Below, one piece after another: positions 1-13,100 of a stretch of DNA of 64,000 nucleotides. The stretch is from Candidatus Obscuribacteraceae bacterium. GTDB taxonomy: Bacteria; Cyanobacteriota; Vampirovibrionia; Obscuribacterales; Obscuribacteraceae. The stretch lies in contig JBGASG010000004.1 in NCBI GenBank assembly GCA_044229845.1, forward strand, positions 128,001-192,000, given 5' to 3'. Every line of letters starts with the position of its first letter. Position 1 is the first letter of the stretch. The position numbers were made by a program, and so were the translations under genes. A model generated the notes under the pieces. That model did no database searches and was not told the origin of the DNA. It saw only the letters and a list, made by a program, of their open reading frames with translations.

Positions 1-257
1 TCGCCTACCAGCAGATGCAGGGCACAACGAACACCGAAGGCTGGCTCAATAACAATCTGTCCCTGGTCGACGACAAGGCAAGCAAGGGCAAGCCTACCGA
101 CTCAACAACTCAAACTCTGTCGACCGACCCGAGCGAGACGCCGGAACCGCCGCCGCCCGAGTATGCGGTCAAGCAAAATGAAGGCCGCGTGTTCCTGGCT
201 TCGGATGATACCTATCCATCCGAAACACCCGAACCACCGCCGCCCGAGAACGCTTAG
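1..257 (+). CDS. hypothetical protein, C-terminal part (runs off window start), ends with two PSETPEPPPPE repeats
   Basis: Frame open from position 3 to TAG at 255-257; duplicated Pro/Glu motif. Confidence 0.55.
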   Translation, partial: AYQQMQGTTNTEGWLNNNLSLVDDKASKGKPTDSTTQTLSTDPSETPEPPPPEYAVKQNEGRVFLASDDTYPSETPEPPPPENA

Positions 258-266
258 GCTGGAGGA

Positions 267-2816
267 TCAGTCGAGCAACCGGTCTAGACCGTGAATAAGT
301 GATGGTGCAACCAGGCTGACGGTTGCAGCCACCAGTCCGACGCGCCCTTTGGCTCCCAGTTTTAACGCCGACCAGGCCGACAATCGATAGGCACCATATC
401 CGGTACCAGCGAGGATGGTGGCGTCCGCCGCCACGCGGAAGCCCGTGCTGGGAGACATATTATTGGCCAGGTTATAGACGTGCGAACCGACGTCCATGTA
501 GCCGCGTGTGATCGGATTGACTCCCAACATCGCGTCCTTGACTTCGCCCTCGTTCTTAACCGTCGGGATGCCGGAGTTGTTCAGTTGCAACTCGATTGGC
601 ACTTGCGACTTGGCGAACAGCGCCGTTCGCATCCAGCCTGGCAGCGGATTGTCGGTACGCATCCGGTAATATGGAACGCCGGACCCATCAAGCTTTTGCG
701 CTATGTCTTTCACAGAAACCGACAGATCGCGACCAGCAGCATTCAACTGAAAGTTGATGCCGCGAATATTCTGTAGCGCCGGTCGTCCTTGCTGCTGAAT
801 CAGGTCAAATGCAGGATCATCGAAAGTGATTGATTTGAGAGTCGCCGCTCCGGCACTGCGATCGATCGAGATCTGTTGCGGTGCGCTGAGGTCAAACTCG
901 ATGTGCGGCCCGGTCATCGAAATTTTGTCTGTGGCTCGGGCGAAATTGCTGATGGCATCGTCGAGGCGCACGCCAGTGCGTTTCTCGAAATTATTGAGAG
1001 TATTGGCAGGCGAGAAATTGCCATTTCCAAGCGACTGCACTTCGTTGAGCATGTCGCCCGTGTCCATCTCCAATCCGTGAATGCCGCGCGTGCGGACATG
1101 CTGCTGCAAACGCTCGACTACATCCAGGGGCTCTTCCGGTTTAGGCTGCTGCGTGTGCGAGACCGGTCCGGTGGCTTTCGGGTGGGCTTTGAGAAACTGC
1201 CAGATGGTGTTGACGGTGCCGTCGATATCGTCGGGAACGTGATGGCCGCCGGCGATAGTGTATTCGTTGACCTCGACGCCGTTCTTCGGATTGACGTATC
1301 GGCGCTCTGTGACGTTGCCGTGGCGCTCGACCACGGGCGCCGCCGAGATTTCATTTTGCTCGACCCAGTATCTGGTCGCATAGTCTTGGGGCTTGAAGTT
1401 AGGCAATCCGACTGCGTTCAGCGAAGCCGGGACATTTTTCAGTCCATCATAAGGAATGATTTCATCTTCGGTTCCATGCATGTTCAAGATGGAAATCGGG
1501 GCTTTGAGCGGAGGCTCCTTGCCGCTCATGGCGCCGCTAATAATGGCTACGGCAGCGACTTTATCCGATAGCTCGCCGGCGGCGCGGTAAGCCATCATGC
1601 CACCATTGGACAGTCCACCCATAAAGATGCGCTGGGGGTCTACTTTATAGTTCTGCTCCGCGGTATTAATGATATGGCGAAGAAACCCGACGTCATCAGC
1701 ATGTTCGCCAGGGGCCGTCAGACCGTTCTCGGTGTCCCAGGCGCGCCATTCTTCGCGGCCGGCCCAGGTGCGCGCATCAGGATAAACCGCGATGAAACCT
1801 TCGCGATCGGCTACCTTACTCATTTTCGTCAGGCGAGCGATCTCGGCGCCATCCTGCGAGTGTCCGTGCAACAGGAGCACCAGTGGCATCGGCTTGGCAG
1901 GGTCGTAACTGGGTGGCACGTGAATCTTGTAGTGCCGCTCCACGCCGGATATCGTGGTGGAGAAGTCGTAGTCGCCCGGCTTGGTGACATCGACTGGAGT
2001 GCCGGTGGAATTTTTCGGCACCAGATTGGCGTCGCCGGGGGTTGCCGGGTTGGGTTTGCCAGGGTTGGTAGCGCCGGTCCCGGTTCCGCCTTCCACATGG
2101 ACAGAGGTCGCGGGAGCGGGGTTATCCGGTTCAGTCTGGGAAAGCAACTGCTTGTAGATCTGACGCAGTGCCGGGTCGACAACCTGTCCGACCCATTTCG
2201 GATTTGATTCGGCGAAGAGAGCCACCTTAGAGGCTTCATTCAAGGCATCAGAAGTAAGCAATCCGGCAATTGAAGGTCCTGTCGTCTTGGCCGCGTCGCT
2301 GAACACCTGGCTGATACGCGCCGTGCCGAAGCTGCCGTTGGCGAGGACTGGAATCTCCACGTTGACGACATTCGGCATGCCGAGAATGCGCTGGGCCGCG
2401 GTGGGCAGCGGGCTGGCGAATTCGGCGTTGAGGACCTTGTTGCCCGCCTGGTCCTTACCCAAGTGAGCGTTTTTGAGCGCGGCCGCGTAGTCGGAGCCAA
2501 AGAACGATATGTTGAGCGAGACGCCGTCGATATTCGACAGCGAGTGCGTGTTGCGGTCATAGTCGAAACTGACGCTGCCGCCGAAATTCAGCGTTTTGAC
2601 CTCAATATTGCTGTTCAGGAAATCGCCGCCCACCAGCACCGACGTCGGTGCATCCCGTTGAATGGTGATGCGCGGTCCGGACTGGTCCACAGAACGAATC
2701 CCGGTCAATACGGGCGCCAGTTCATTAAGCGCCGACTGCGAGAACGTCGTTTGGGCGTCCTGGACTACAGGCACCAGCTTCGGGCTAATTTCGATGGGCT
2801 GATCTGCGGCGGGCAT
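267..2816 (-). CDS. LpqC/PHB-depolymerase-like alpha/beta-hydrolase (esterase) flanked by two copies of an unknown beta-rich domain
   Basis: RHYKIHVPPSY..PMPLVLLLHG, G-L-S-N-G nucleophile elbow, HGTED (Asp), GGHH (His). Start set at ATG 2816 (GGAAG upstream); ORF extends to 2870. Confidence 0.8.
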   Translation of the reverse strand: MPAADQPIEISPKLVPVVQDAQTTFSQSALNELAPVLTGIRSVDQSGPRITIQRDAPTSVLVGGDFLNSNIEVKTLNFGGSVSFDYDRNTHSLSNIDGVSLNISFFGSDYAAALKNAHLGKDQAGNKVLNAEFASPLPTAAQRILGMPNVVNVEIPVLANGSFGTARISQVFSDAAKTTGPSIAGLLTSDALNEASKVALFAESNPKWVGQVVDPALRQIYKQLLSQTEPDNPAPATSVHVEGGTGTGATNPGKPNPATPGDANLVPKNSTGTPVDVTKPGDYDFSTTISGVERHYKIHVPPSYDPAKPMPLVLLLHGHSQDGAEIARLTKMSKVADREGFIAVYPDARTWAGREEWRAWDTENGLTAPGEHADDVGFLRHIINTAEQNYKVDPQRIFMGGLSNGGMMAYRAAGELSDKVAAVAIISGAMSGKEPPLKAPISILNMHGTEDEIIPYDGLKNVPASLNAVGLPNFKPQDYATRYWVEQNEISAAPVVERHGNVTERRYVNPKNGVEVNEYTIAGGHHVPDDIDGTVNTIWQFLKAHPKATGPVSHTQQPKPEEPLDVVERLQQHVRTRGIHGLEMDTGDMLNEVQSLGNGNFSPANTLNNFEKRTGVRLDDAISNFARATDKISMTGPHIEFDLSAPQQISIDRSAGAATLKSITFDDPAFDLIQQQGRPALQNIRGINFQLNAAGRDLSVSVKDIAQKLDGSGVPYYRMRTDNPLPGWMRTALFAKSQVPIELQLNNSGIPTVKNEGEVKDAMLGVNPITRGYMDVGSHVYNLANNMSPSTGFRVAADATILAGTGYGAYRLSAWSALKLGAKGRVGLVAATVSLVAPSLIHGLDRLLD

Positions 2817-3010
2817 CAGACATCTTCCACAAGAGACCTCTATTCTTATGGAAAATGTCGCCCAAGTCATTGTTGAAACTACGTAGTCAGCCTCATGTCA
2901 CAATTCGCGGATTGCGTCGGTGGCGACCCGCGTAAACTTTTCGTGTAAAACCGGAATTCCCGAGCGGCACCATATTTGGTGGCAAGGCGAGCACCGCCAG
3001 AGATCCGTGT

Positions 3011-3604
3011 CTAAAAGGATTGATTGCCTACGGCAGCGGTGTCCAACCGAGAGATCCAGTTAGCCTTTTCCGGATGGTCTTGCGGCGCCGGCATGTACCA
3101 GATGCGCACAGGCAGCCCCTCTTTAATCGGTCCGCCATGGGATGTCGCGTTGCGAAATCCAGGATTGGTCATGTCGAAGTCACTGTATGCAAATGGAATT
3201 CCGTTGACTCTAAAGCTCTCATTTTTATGTCCGGAAGCGGGCATGGGATCGAATTGGGAAACCACACCCTCTACCTTCTGGTGCGGTCCATGCTTCAAGT
3301 ATTCGAGTGCCTGGCAGTGGTGCATGAAGCTAGCACCCATGACACTTGTGACAATCAGGCAGATGGTGCCACAGAAGATGCCGGCGATGATTCGATTGAA
3401 TCTTGCGGCGGATTTTTCATTTTCGCGAACGGTTTTATTGTCGGCTACAGAGATGCGAACATCGGATGATCGGCGATGGACGCTTGGTCCTGCAATTACG
3501 ATTATGAGCGAGATGGCGATGAAGAATACCGGCAAGAAAAGCGCTTGTATCCATCCATCCCACGGATTCACCCGGGCCACATCAAACACAGTCTGGTAGT
3601 TCAT
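3011..3604 (-). CDS. hypothetical membrane protein (2 TM helices plus soluble domain)
   Basis: ORF with two hydrophobic segments; start at ATG 3604 because the longer ORF overlaps the rRNA terminator. Confidence 0.65.
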   Translation of the reverse strand: MNYQTVFDVARVNPWDGWIQALFLPVFFIAISLIIVIAGPSVHRRSSDVRISVADNKTVRENEKSAARFNRIIAGIFCGTICLIVTSVMGASFMHHCQALEYLKHGPHQKVEGVVSQFDPMPASGHKNESFRVNGIPFAYSDFDMTNPGFRNATSHGGPIKEGLPVRIWYMPAPQDHPEKANWISRLDTAAVGNQSF

Positions 3605-3659
3605 CGCACAATGGTACACCGGCGCCACCAGAAGTGGTGCACAGCAAAGCTGTGCACAG

Positions 3660-3693
3660 AAAAAACCCCTCGACTTATTCAATCGAGGGGTTT
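3660..3693 (-). terminator. Rho-independent terminator of the rRNA unit
   Basis: AAACCCCTCGA/TCGAGGGGTTT inverted repeat with U-tract on minus strand just after 5S. Confidence 0.8.
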
Positions 3694-3698
3694 ATAAA

Positions 3699-3815
3699 TC
3701 CTGGCACCGGGCTATCTTTCCGGGCGGTCTCCCGCCAAGTATTGTCGCTGCTGACCGTCTTTACCGTCGTGTTCGGGATGGGAACGGGTGTGTTCCGGTC
3801 GCATCGGCACCAAGA
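3699..3815 (-). rRNA. rrf: 5S rRNA
   Basis: Reverse complement contains ACACCCGTTCCCATCCCGAACACG, terminal helix TTGGTGCC/GGTGCCAGG; about 117 nt. Confidence 0.95.
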
Positions 3816-3963
3816 AGCTTTAGGTCTGGCTCTTCTTGGGGATCTTTTCAGATCACTGCGGGCACTGGAGCCCTATTTAAGAGCCGTAACCTGAGACTGC
3901 ACACCTGAGAAGGTTTGGCTATGTATTTCGATTCGAGGATCTAGCATCCAGTGATAGATCAAC

Positions 3964-6920
<2,957 letters not shown>

Positions 6921-7036
6921 GATAGACTTGTCACTCAGCCGCAATGCTCACGCCGACTTTCGCCGACGAGGGCACCGCATTTGGTGCAAGCCTGATCTAT
7001 TTCGATACTAGACTTTCGTTTCTATTGTTTCTCAGA

Positions 7037-7055
7037 TATGCAGTTTTCAGGGTAC
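7037..7055 (-). promoter_or_regulatory. boxA-like element / 5' arm of the 23S processing stem
   Basis: GTACCCTGAAAACTGCATA resembles cyanobacterial boxA (GAACCTTGAAAACTGCATA); partly complementary to GTGCAGTCTCAGGTTAC downstream of 23S (about 3886-3902). Confidence 0.6.
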
Positions 7056-7114
7056 GGACCAGAATTGATACGGCTTCTGGAGCGCCGTCACGTATTGACC
7101 CGTGCGAATTGCTT

Positions 7115-7144
7115 ATAGTACCAGATATCTTTCTTGCCGTGCAA
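7115..7144 (-). promoter_or_regulatory. putative internal sigma70 promoter upstream of 23S
   Basis: TTGCAC-N18-TACTAT with TG extended -10. Confidence 0.5.
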
Positions 7145-7344
7145 TCCGTTCAATGAAATTCACTGAAGAATTGCTCTGCGAGCGAACCCTGGTGTTTCGA
7201 GGGTCATACACCGAACATTCGCGCTCACCAAGCAGTTAGCTCGTGACCGCGGATTTATAAGAGTATCACACCGACTTGGAGCTATCCGCTCTTTGTTTTC
7301 CGATGTGAAGGGAGCGTTGGAAACGCTCACCCTACCTCAATCTC

Positions 7345-7417
7345 TGGAGGCTAGCGGAGTCGAACCGCTGACCTTCTCCGTGCAAAGGAGACGCTCTACC
7401 AACTGAGCCAAGCCCCC
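7345..7417 (-). tRNA. tRNA-Ala(TGC)
   Basis: Full cloverleaf, G3:U70 identity pair, anticodon loop TT-TGC-AC; CCA not encoded. Confidence 0.97.
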
Positions 7418-7545
7418 ACAGTACTGGTTTCTTCCTTATAGAGGATCTGGTTGGGTGCACATCGAGCCGTTAACAATGTCTTCAAGCTTTGAAAACGGTT
7501 GTGTTACAGCGGGCAGCCGCCAAACATATTTATAGGGAGGAAAAC

Positions 7546-7619
<74 letters not shown>

Positions 7620-7630
7620 TCAGCGTATTC

Positions 7631-7659
7631 ATTCTATCTATAGCCGCCTTTTTAGTCAA
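7631..7659 (-). promoter_or_regulatory. sigma70 promoter driving tRNA-Ile/tRNA-Ala/23S/5S
   Basis: TTGACT-N17-TAGAAT ending 11 nt before tRNA-Ile. Confidence 0.8.
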
Positions 7660-7753
7660 AAGCAGACCTGAAATTTGCGGGTTTTGTGAACCCCCAACGC
7701 TTGTCTTCTCTCCAGCCCCGGCACCGGTATCGCGGGCAGTGACCGTTTATCTA

Positions 7754-9964
7754 CTACACAGAGATTGCGGCTTCTTCTTTCAGCTTCTGGAAAGCTTCTT
7801 CCGGATCGACTTGCTCGCTCGTGATCTTATTCATTATGTAGGAGATGGCGAAAACGCCCTCGTCAAGCGAGAGTGTATTGGCGCGAACGGCTTCGTAAAT
7901 ACGGACGATCGCTTCGATGCAGCGGTCGTCGAGCACTCCGACCATCGACAGCGAAGTGGCAACGATCAACGGCGTACGCACGGCGAGTGCCAGAGCGTTC
8001 TTGATGTCGGCCTCATGGGCAACGCTAGACAGCATGAGGAACTTGTTGAACGCCAGCTGGCTGTTGTCAACTTCTTCGGTGCCGATCTCGGTTTTCTTCG
8101 GCTCAGGATCTTGCGGCTCAACAGCGGCGCCCTCTTCGACGAGCGCCTCCAACTGATCTTCATAGGTCTTACTGGAGACCGGCGCTGCCACTGCTTCCTG
8201 CTGCGCCTGTTGAATTTGTTTCTCCTGCTGCACTTGCTTGGCTTCGCGCGCGGCTTTCGCTTTGGCATCAGCCTCAAGAAGCGCTTTGCGGGCGGCTTCG
8301 GTTTCCGCTTCGATAATCTGCATGCGCAGCAATTCCACTTCGCTCAATCCACCGGCACCGATAGCCGGTCCGGGCGGAGTCGATGGCGCTTGCGGCGGCA
8401 AAGTGTCTTTATCCAGACCACGCAACAGTCCTTTCGCTTGACCGATCGGTACATGCACCGGTCCAGCGGGCATCGGCGCTGCGGGCGGCGGCTCGGGCGC
8501 TTTCTCTGGCTCAGGTTCAGCCTGCGGCTCCGGCACGGAAGGGACCGTCAGCCCTTTAGGCTTCGACGGTTCAGTGGCATAGGAAAAAACTTTCGGGGGT
8601 CGCGTCGCCGTCAGGTCTGCATCGCCATCGAGGGCAGGCTGCGAGCCTGTATTTACATTAAGAGCGGGTTGCGAGCCGGTGTTGGTCTGTTCAAACATAC
8701 CGCCGCCGCCGCGCACGTTCTGCATAGACTTGGCAAAAGCTTCTTCCAGGTCGGCCATCACCATCTTTTTCTCTTCGGTATGGCTGGCTTTTTGGGCCAC
8801 CTGACCGGGCATGGCAATGGCGCGCATCTGCTGCGTTTCATCCTGCGGCATGATGATGTTGCCCAGCACGGTGCTGGATGCCATAGGTCCGCCGGCGCCG
8901 ACTTCCGGCTCCGGTTCGCTCAACAAGCCACCCTGAAGATCTTCCATAGATATGGCTTTCATCTGCAGAGTGTCGGACAGCACTTGCGGTGGTGCCGCCT
9001 TGGTTGCCAGCGACATCTTGAGGGCGTCTAGAGTTTCTTGTTTGACTGGAAATGCACAGTGCACCTCCCACAACTCTTGATAGGCATCTTCAGGACTGCA
9101 TGTACCGTTGCGGGCCGCAGTCTGCAGCTCGATGGCGGCCGAAAGCGTTTCTTCCGAGACCAGTCCGTTCTGCACCAGCATCGTGCCGACGTTTTTGTTT
9201 TGCTCCAGCCCCATCTCGACCGCATTGCGCACATCGAACTCGGTGGCGATGCCGGCACAAATGACCAGATCGCCTAATTTGAGGTTGGCTTTCTGAGTCT
9301 TCTTCTTTTCTTCGTCGTCGACGGACAGCTGTCTTTTGTAGGCGATATTGAGCGCCTTGATGGCTACATCACGCTCGACCTTGCCGTCCCGGATCAATAC
9401 TTGTGCGTTGAGGGCGGCGTTCAGGAAAGTTTCGGTGAGCACGCCGGAAAGCACCAGAGTGCGTCCCAGGGGCAAACCGGTAGAGTTACTCTTCAGCCTG
9501 GCTTTCTCTACCTGTTCCGTTGACAGAATTCCGGCATCAATAAGGAATTCACCCAACTGACTGACGGGGTTGATGTCTTTGCCGCCGGCAGAAGGCGCAG
9601 TATGACCAGCTCTTCCCAGGGCATCGGCGAAGCTTATGCCGGAACGATGAGCCAGGCGCAAGGCCCGCACCGCGTTATAGAGGTCGAGTGAGCCGTCTTT
9701 GATCATGTCTTGCGCCTGGATCGCCATGTCCAGGTGCTTACGCTGAATGTAATTCATGGCCAGCAGGATTTCGCCCACGCGGGCTGTATTGGTTCCCGCC
9801 TGCCGCATGGCATCGGTAAGCACTTCCTGAGGAATAATTCCAGCTCTCACAAGCAGGTCGCCAAGCCTGACTTGAGCATTCTTACCCGCCCAGAACGACT
9901 GGGAAAGCAGACTCGGGGACTTACCTGATTGGTCTTGCGACACGGAATTCCTCTTGCACTCCAA
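7754..9964 (-). CDS. stand-alone tandem MshEN-like (putative c-di-GMP-binding) repeat protein with Pro-rich linker
   Basis: RLGDLLVRAGII..RVGEILL, QLGEFLIDAGIL..PLGRTLVLSGVL, KLGDLVICAGIA..NVGTMLVQNGLV, plus a degenerate C-terminal unit; no ATPase motifs. Confidence 0.75.
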   Translation of the reverse strand: MECKRNSVSQDQSGKSPSLLSQSFWAGKNAQVRLGDLLVRAGIIPQEVLTDAMRQAGTNTARVGEILLAMNYIQRKHLDMAIQAQDMIKDGSLDLYNAVRALRLAHRSGISFADALGRAGHTAPSAGGKDINPVSQLGEFLIDAGILSTEQVEKARLKSNSTGLPLGRTLVLSGVLTETFLNAALNAQVLIRDGKVERDVAIKALNIAYKRQLSVDDEEKKKTQKANLKLGDLVICAGIATEFDVRNAVEMGLEQNKNVGTMLVQNGLVSEETLSAAIELQTAARNGTCSPEDAYQELWEVHCAFPVKQETLDALKMSLATKAAPPQVLSDTLQMKAISMEDLQGGLLSEPEPEVGAGGPMASSTVLGNIIMPQDETQQMRAIAMPGQVAQKASHTEEKKMVMADLEEAFAKSMQNVRGGGGMFEQTNTGSQPALNVNTGSQPALDGDADLTATRPPKVFSYATEPSKPKGLTVPSVPEPQAEPEPEKAPEPPPAAPMPAGPVHVPIGQAKGLLRGLDKDTLPPQAPSTPPGPAIGAGGLSEVELLRMQIIEAETEAARKALLEADAKAKAAREAKQVQQEKQIQQAQQEAVAAPVSSKTYEDQLEALVEEGAAVEPQDPEPKKTEIGTEEVDNSQLAFNKFLMLSSVAHEADIKNALALAVRTPLIVATSLSMVGVLDDRCIEAIVRIYEAVRANTLSLDEGVFAISYIMNKITSEQVDPEEAFQKLKEEAAISV

Positions 9965-10137
9965 AATGCCTAAGTGCGAAGCTCACTAGATCGGTCATGC
10001 CACACCAGGGACAGAACCTATCGCCTCCGACAACATTAATACCATTGATCGACTGATATTCATCAAATATCAACACACTGGTTGACTAAAGATGTCAGCT
10101 TGGGCACATTCCTATGTAACCGGTTCAAGCTAACCCC

Positions 10138-13100
10138 ATGCTGATATTCACGCTGTCCGTCAAGAGCAATTCTCAATTCGTCGCCGTCCTCAGTGAAGTT
10201 CGCAAACACTCGGACGTGCGTTACGGCATGTTGCGAGTAGCTTCCAGCGAAACCAGCGGTCGCATCTTCATTGTCGACGGTGCCTTCATCATCGGTTGCG
10301 AATTATCTGACGGTAGAAAGGGCGCCGTCGCGCTCACCACACTGCTCTCCATGGAGCGGGCCATCGTCGGCTTTCTGGAGATGCCTCGGCGCACCGGCGG
10401 CGGCGGGGTGGCGGTCAACATCGAAAACATGGTCAATGATTGCAATGCGTCCCAAGACGAAAACGTCGGCAACGTGCTGCGCCGCATCCTCAATCAAGCG
10501 CCGCTTACGGATCTGCCCGCGGGCGCCGACGCACCCAAACAGCCCGCACCGCACAGTCTGATGATGCACGTTATCCACAACCAGGTGCGCAAGGAGCTCG
10601 GACCCACGCGTGATGCCACTAGCAGTGGTGCGGCAGCAACACTCACCGAAATCGTACTGCGCAATTTAGATACGTACAACAAGTTACTGCAGAGGCTGGA
10701 TCGTGCCCCGGACAAAAACTTCATCAGCCGCTCGGAACTCTTGTGCGCCGACATCGCCATGTTCGAGTCGCTGCTCGAATCTTCGCACCGCAACACTTAC
10801 GCCGCCCAGAGCGTCAAGCGTTTGCGCCAGACTTTGCTCAAATTGATCAAGCGCGCCCGCGCTCAACCGTTAGACTACGAGCCGGTCGCCGCTACCGCTG
10901 CACCGGCGGCACCGACGACGTCGCAGCCAAAGCCCGCAGCACCGGCGGAAGATCGCGAGGAAGAGGCGATCACGCCGGCCGGACTGGTCAACAATCTGGC
11001 ATCCACGCTGCAGCATGACATCTCGAATTTGCCTGACTCCGAAGCTGCTTACACGCAGGCAGACGAAGCGCCGGCAGCCAGCGCCGGCGGCGGCGCACCC
11101 AGCTATTCCAAAGTCGTCACCTCCGATACCGGCTCGATTCGCGTTTTCGCCACCGACACCGACTTCGAAGACGGTGGGTTGACCGGCGGCGGCGGGCTGA
11201 CCAACAGCGACACCTGGGAGTACGGCAGCGACGATCCTTTCGATTGGGGAGAATCGCTGTTTCTCTCAGAGGAAGAACTTTCCACGCAACCGGCAGAAAG
11301 CGAGGCGGACGAAGAAGAGCCGGATCGCAGTTACAAATTGGACACCGGCGCCGATAACGGTGCTCGCATCATGTCGGCGGCAGCAGCCATGAGCGCCGTG
11401 CCGCCTTCACCGAATTTCAGCGCCGAGCCTCCACCGGCGTCAACAGAACCAGCACCAACCCCATCGGCACCACTGGAGCCGGCGCCGGCAGAACCGGCAC
11501 CGCCGCCGCTTTCCGCATCCAGCAGCGGCACCCACTCGCGCGTCAGCGGTGCAACAGAGATTCCAGAGAATCTCCGATATCCGCATGCCGGGCTGTCGGG
11601 CGGACTTGCTCACGAACACGACGCCAAAGACAAACCGACCGATTCCAGCTTCCGCAGAGAACTGAAACAAACCGACTCGCTGGCTAAAAAGCGCATCGAG
11701 AAACACGCCAAGTCCAAGGACACACGCGGTTTTGTCGTCGGCATTCTGGTTCTGGGTCTGCTGGGCGTGGGCGGTTATTTCGGCTATGTTTACTACCTGG
11801 CACCACCGACACCCAAACAACTATATGATCGCGCACTGCTCGCCGAGCAGCAGAAGTATTATTTGCGCGCTCGCGAACAGGTCGACAAAGCCATCGAGCA
11901 AGAGCCGAATTTCGCTCCCGCATTTCTTTTGAGAGCACGCCTGCACACGAATAACGGCGAGTACGCCGACGCGCTTGCCGATTACAATCGAGCCACCCAG
12001 TTGGGCTCGACTGACGACGAGTCTGTCTTGAAAGCTCGCGCCGAAGTGGCTTTCAAAGCCGATGCCTGGGCCGATGCCCAGGATGCCTTGAAGAAACTTC
12101 TGGAGAAGTCTCCGGACGATCTGGAACTTCATCAGAAGCTGGCCACAACGTACCTGCGCCTGGACAAATCGAAGATGAATCCAGACGAAGTCAAGGCAGC
12201 TCTGGAGCAGGCCGTCGAACACTACACGCGCGCCATTACCGGCGGTGCCGCCGATCCGGGTCCGATTTATCGCAGCCGCGGCATGGTCTACGAAGAACTG
12301 AAAGACTTTCCCAAAGCCACCGCCGATTACACGGAGGCGATCAAACTCAACCCGCAAGATCAGCTGGCCTACGCCCGCCGCGGCTCACTCTATCTGAAAA
12401 ACGGCGATGCCGACAAAGCATTCGCCGACCTTTCCAAGGCAGTCGAGAAAGCCCCCAGCCCCGAAGCCCTGGTCGATCTAGCCAGCATCTACGAAAAGAA
12501 AGGCGACCGCGCCAAAGCCGGCGGGCTTGCCGCTCGGGCGCTCGAACTCAACAGTAAAAACGTCGGCGCCTTGATTATTCGCGCCAACAGCTATCTAGCC
12601 CAGAAAGCATTTCCTCGCGCTCTCGATGACTACGACGCTGCCATGCAGCTCGAACCGGACAACGCAACGGTCCGCACGCTGCGGGAGAAAGCTCTGTCGG
12701 CGTATCGCGCCGCTTCACCATCGGCGGTGCGAGAGCTGGAGTCTTCCGATCAACCACGTAAGTTGCCGCCCATTCCAAAAAATATGCCGGAAGGCTCGCT
12801 GATCTTGAAAGGATACGAGCAGCTGCGCGATGGACACACTGATGTTGCCATCCAGATGCTCACCGAAGCTTTGAATAAGGAGCCCTCGAACGAAACAGCC
12901 AGGCGATACCTGGCACATGCTTACTTCCGGGCCCATCATCCGGCTCAAGCAGCCGAACAATTCAAGAGCGTCGCCGGTACCGCCGAATTGACCGAAGCAG
13001 ATCAAATTGTTTACGGCGACGCCTTATCACAGGCGAATCAGCCTGCCGAAGCAGTCGAAGTTCTCAATACCGTTGTCGCCAACCGGCCGACGTCAGTCGC

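Noticed and set aside
7739..9031. 430-aa plus-strand ORF, and similar long antisense ORFs such as 33470-34876, 29267-30232 and 25268-26227
   Set aside because: Antisense shadows of well-supported genes, common in GC-rich DNA; no motifs
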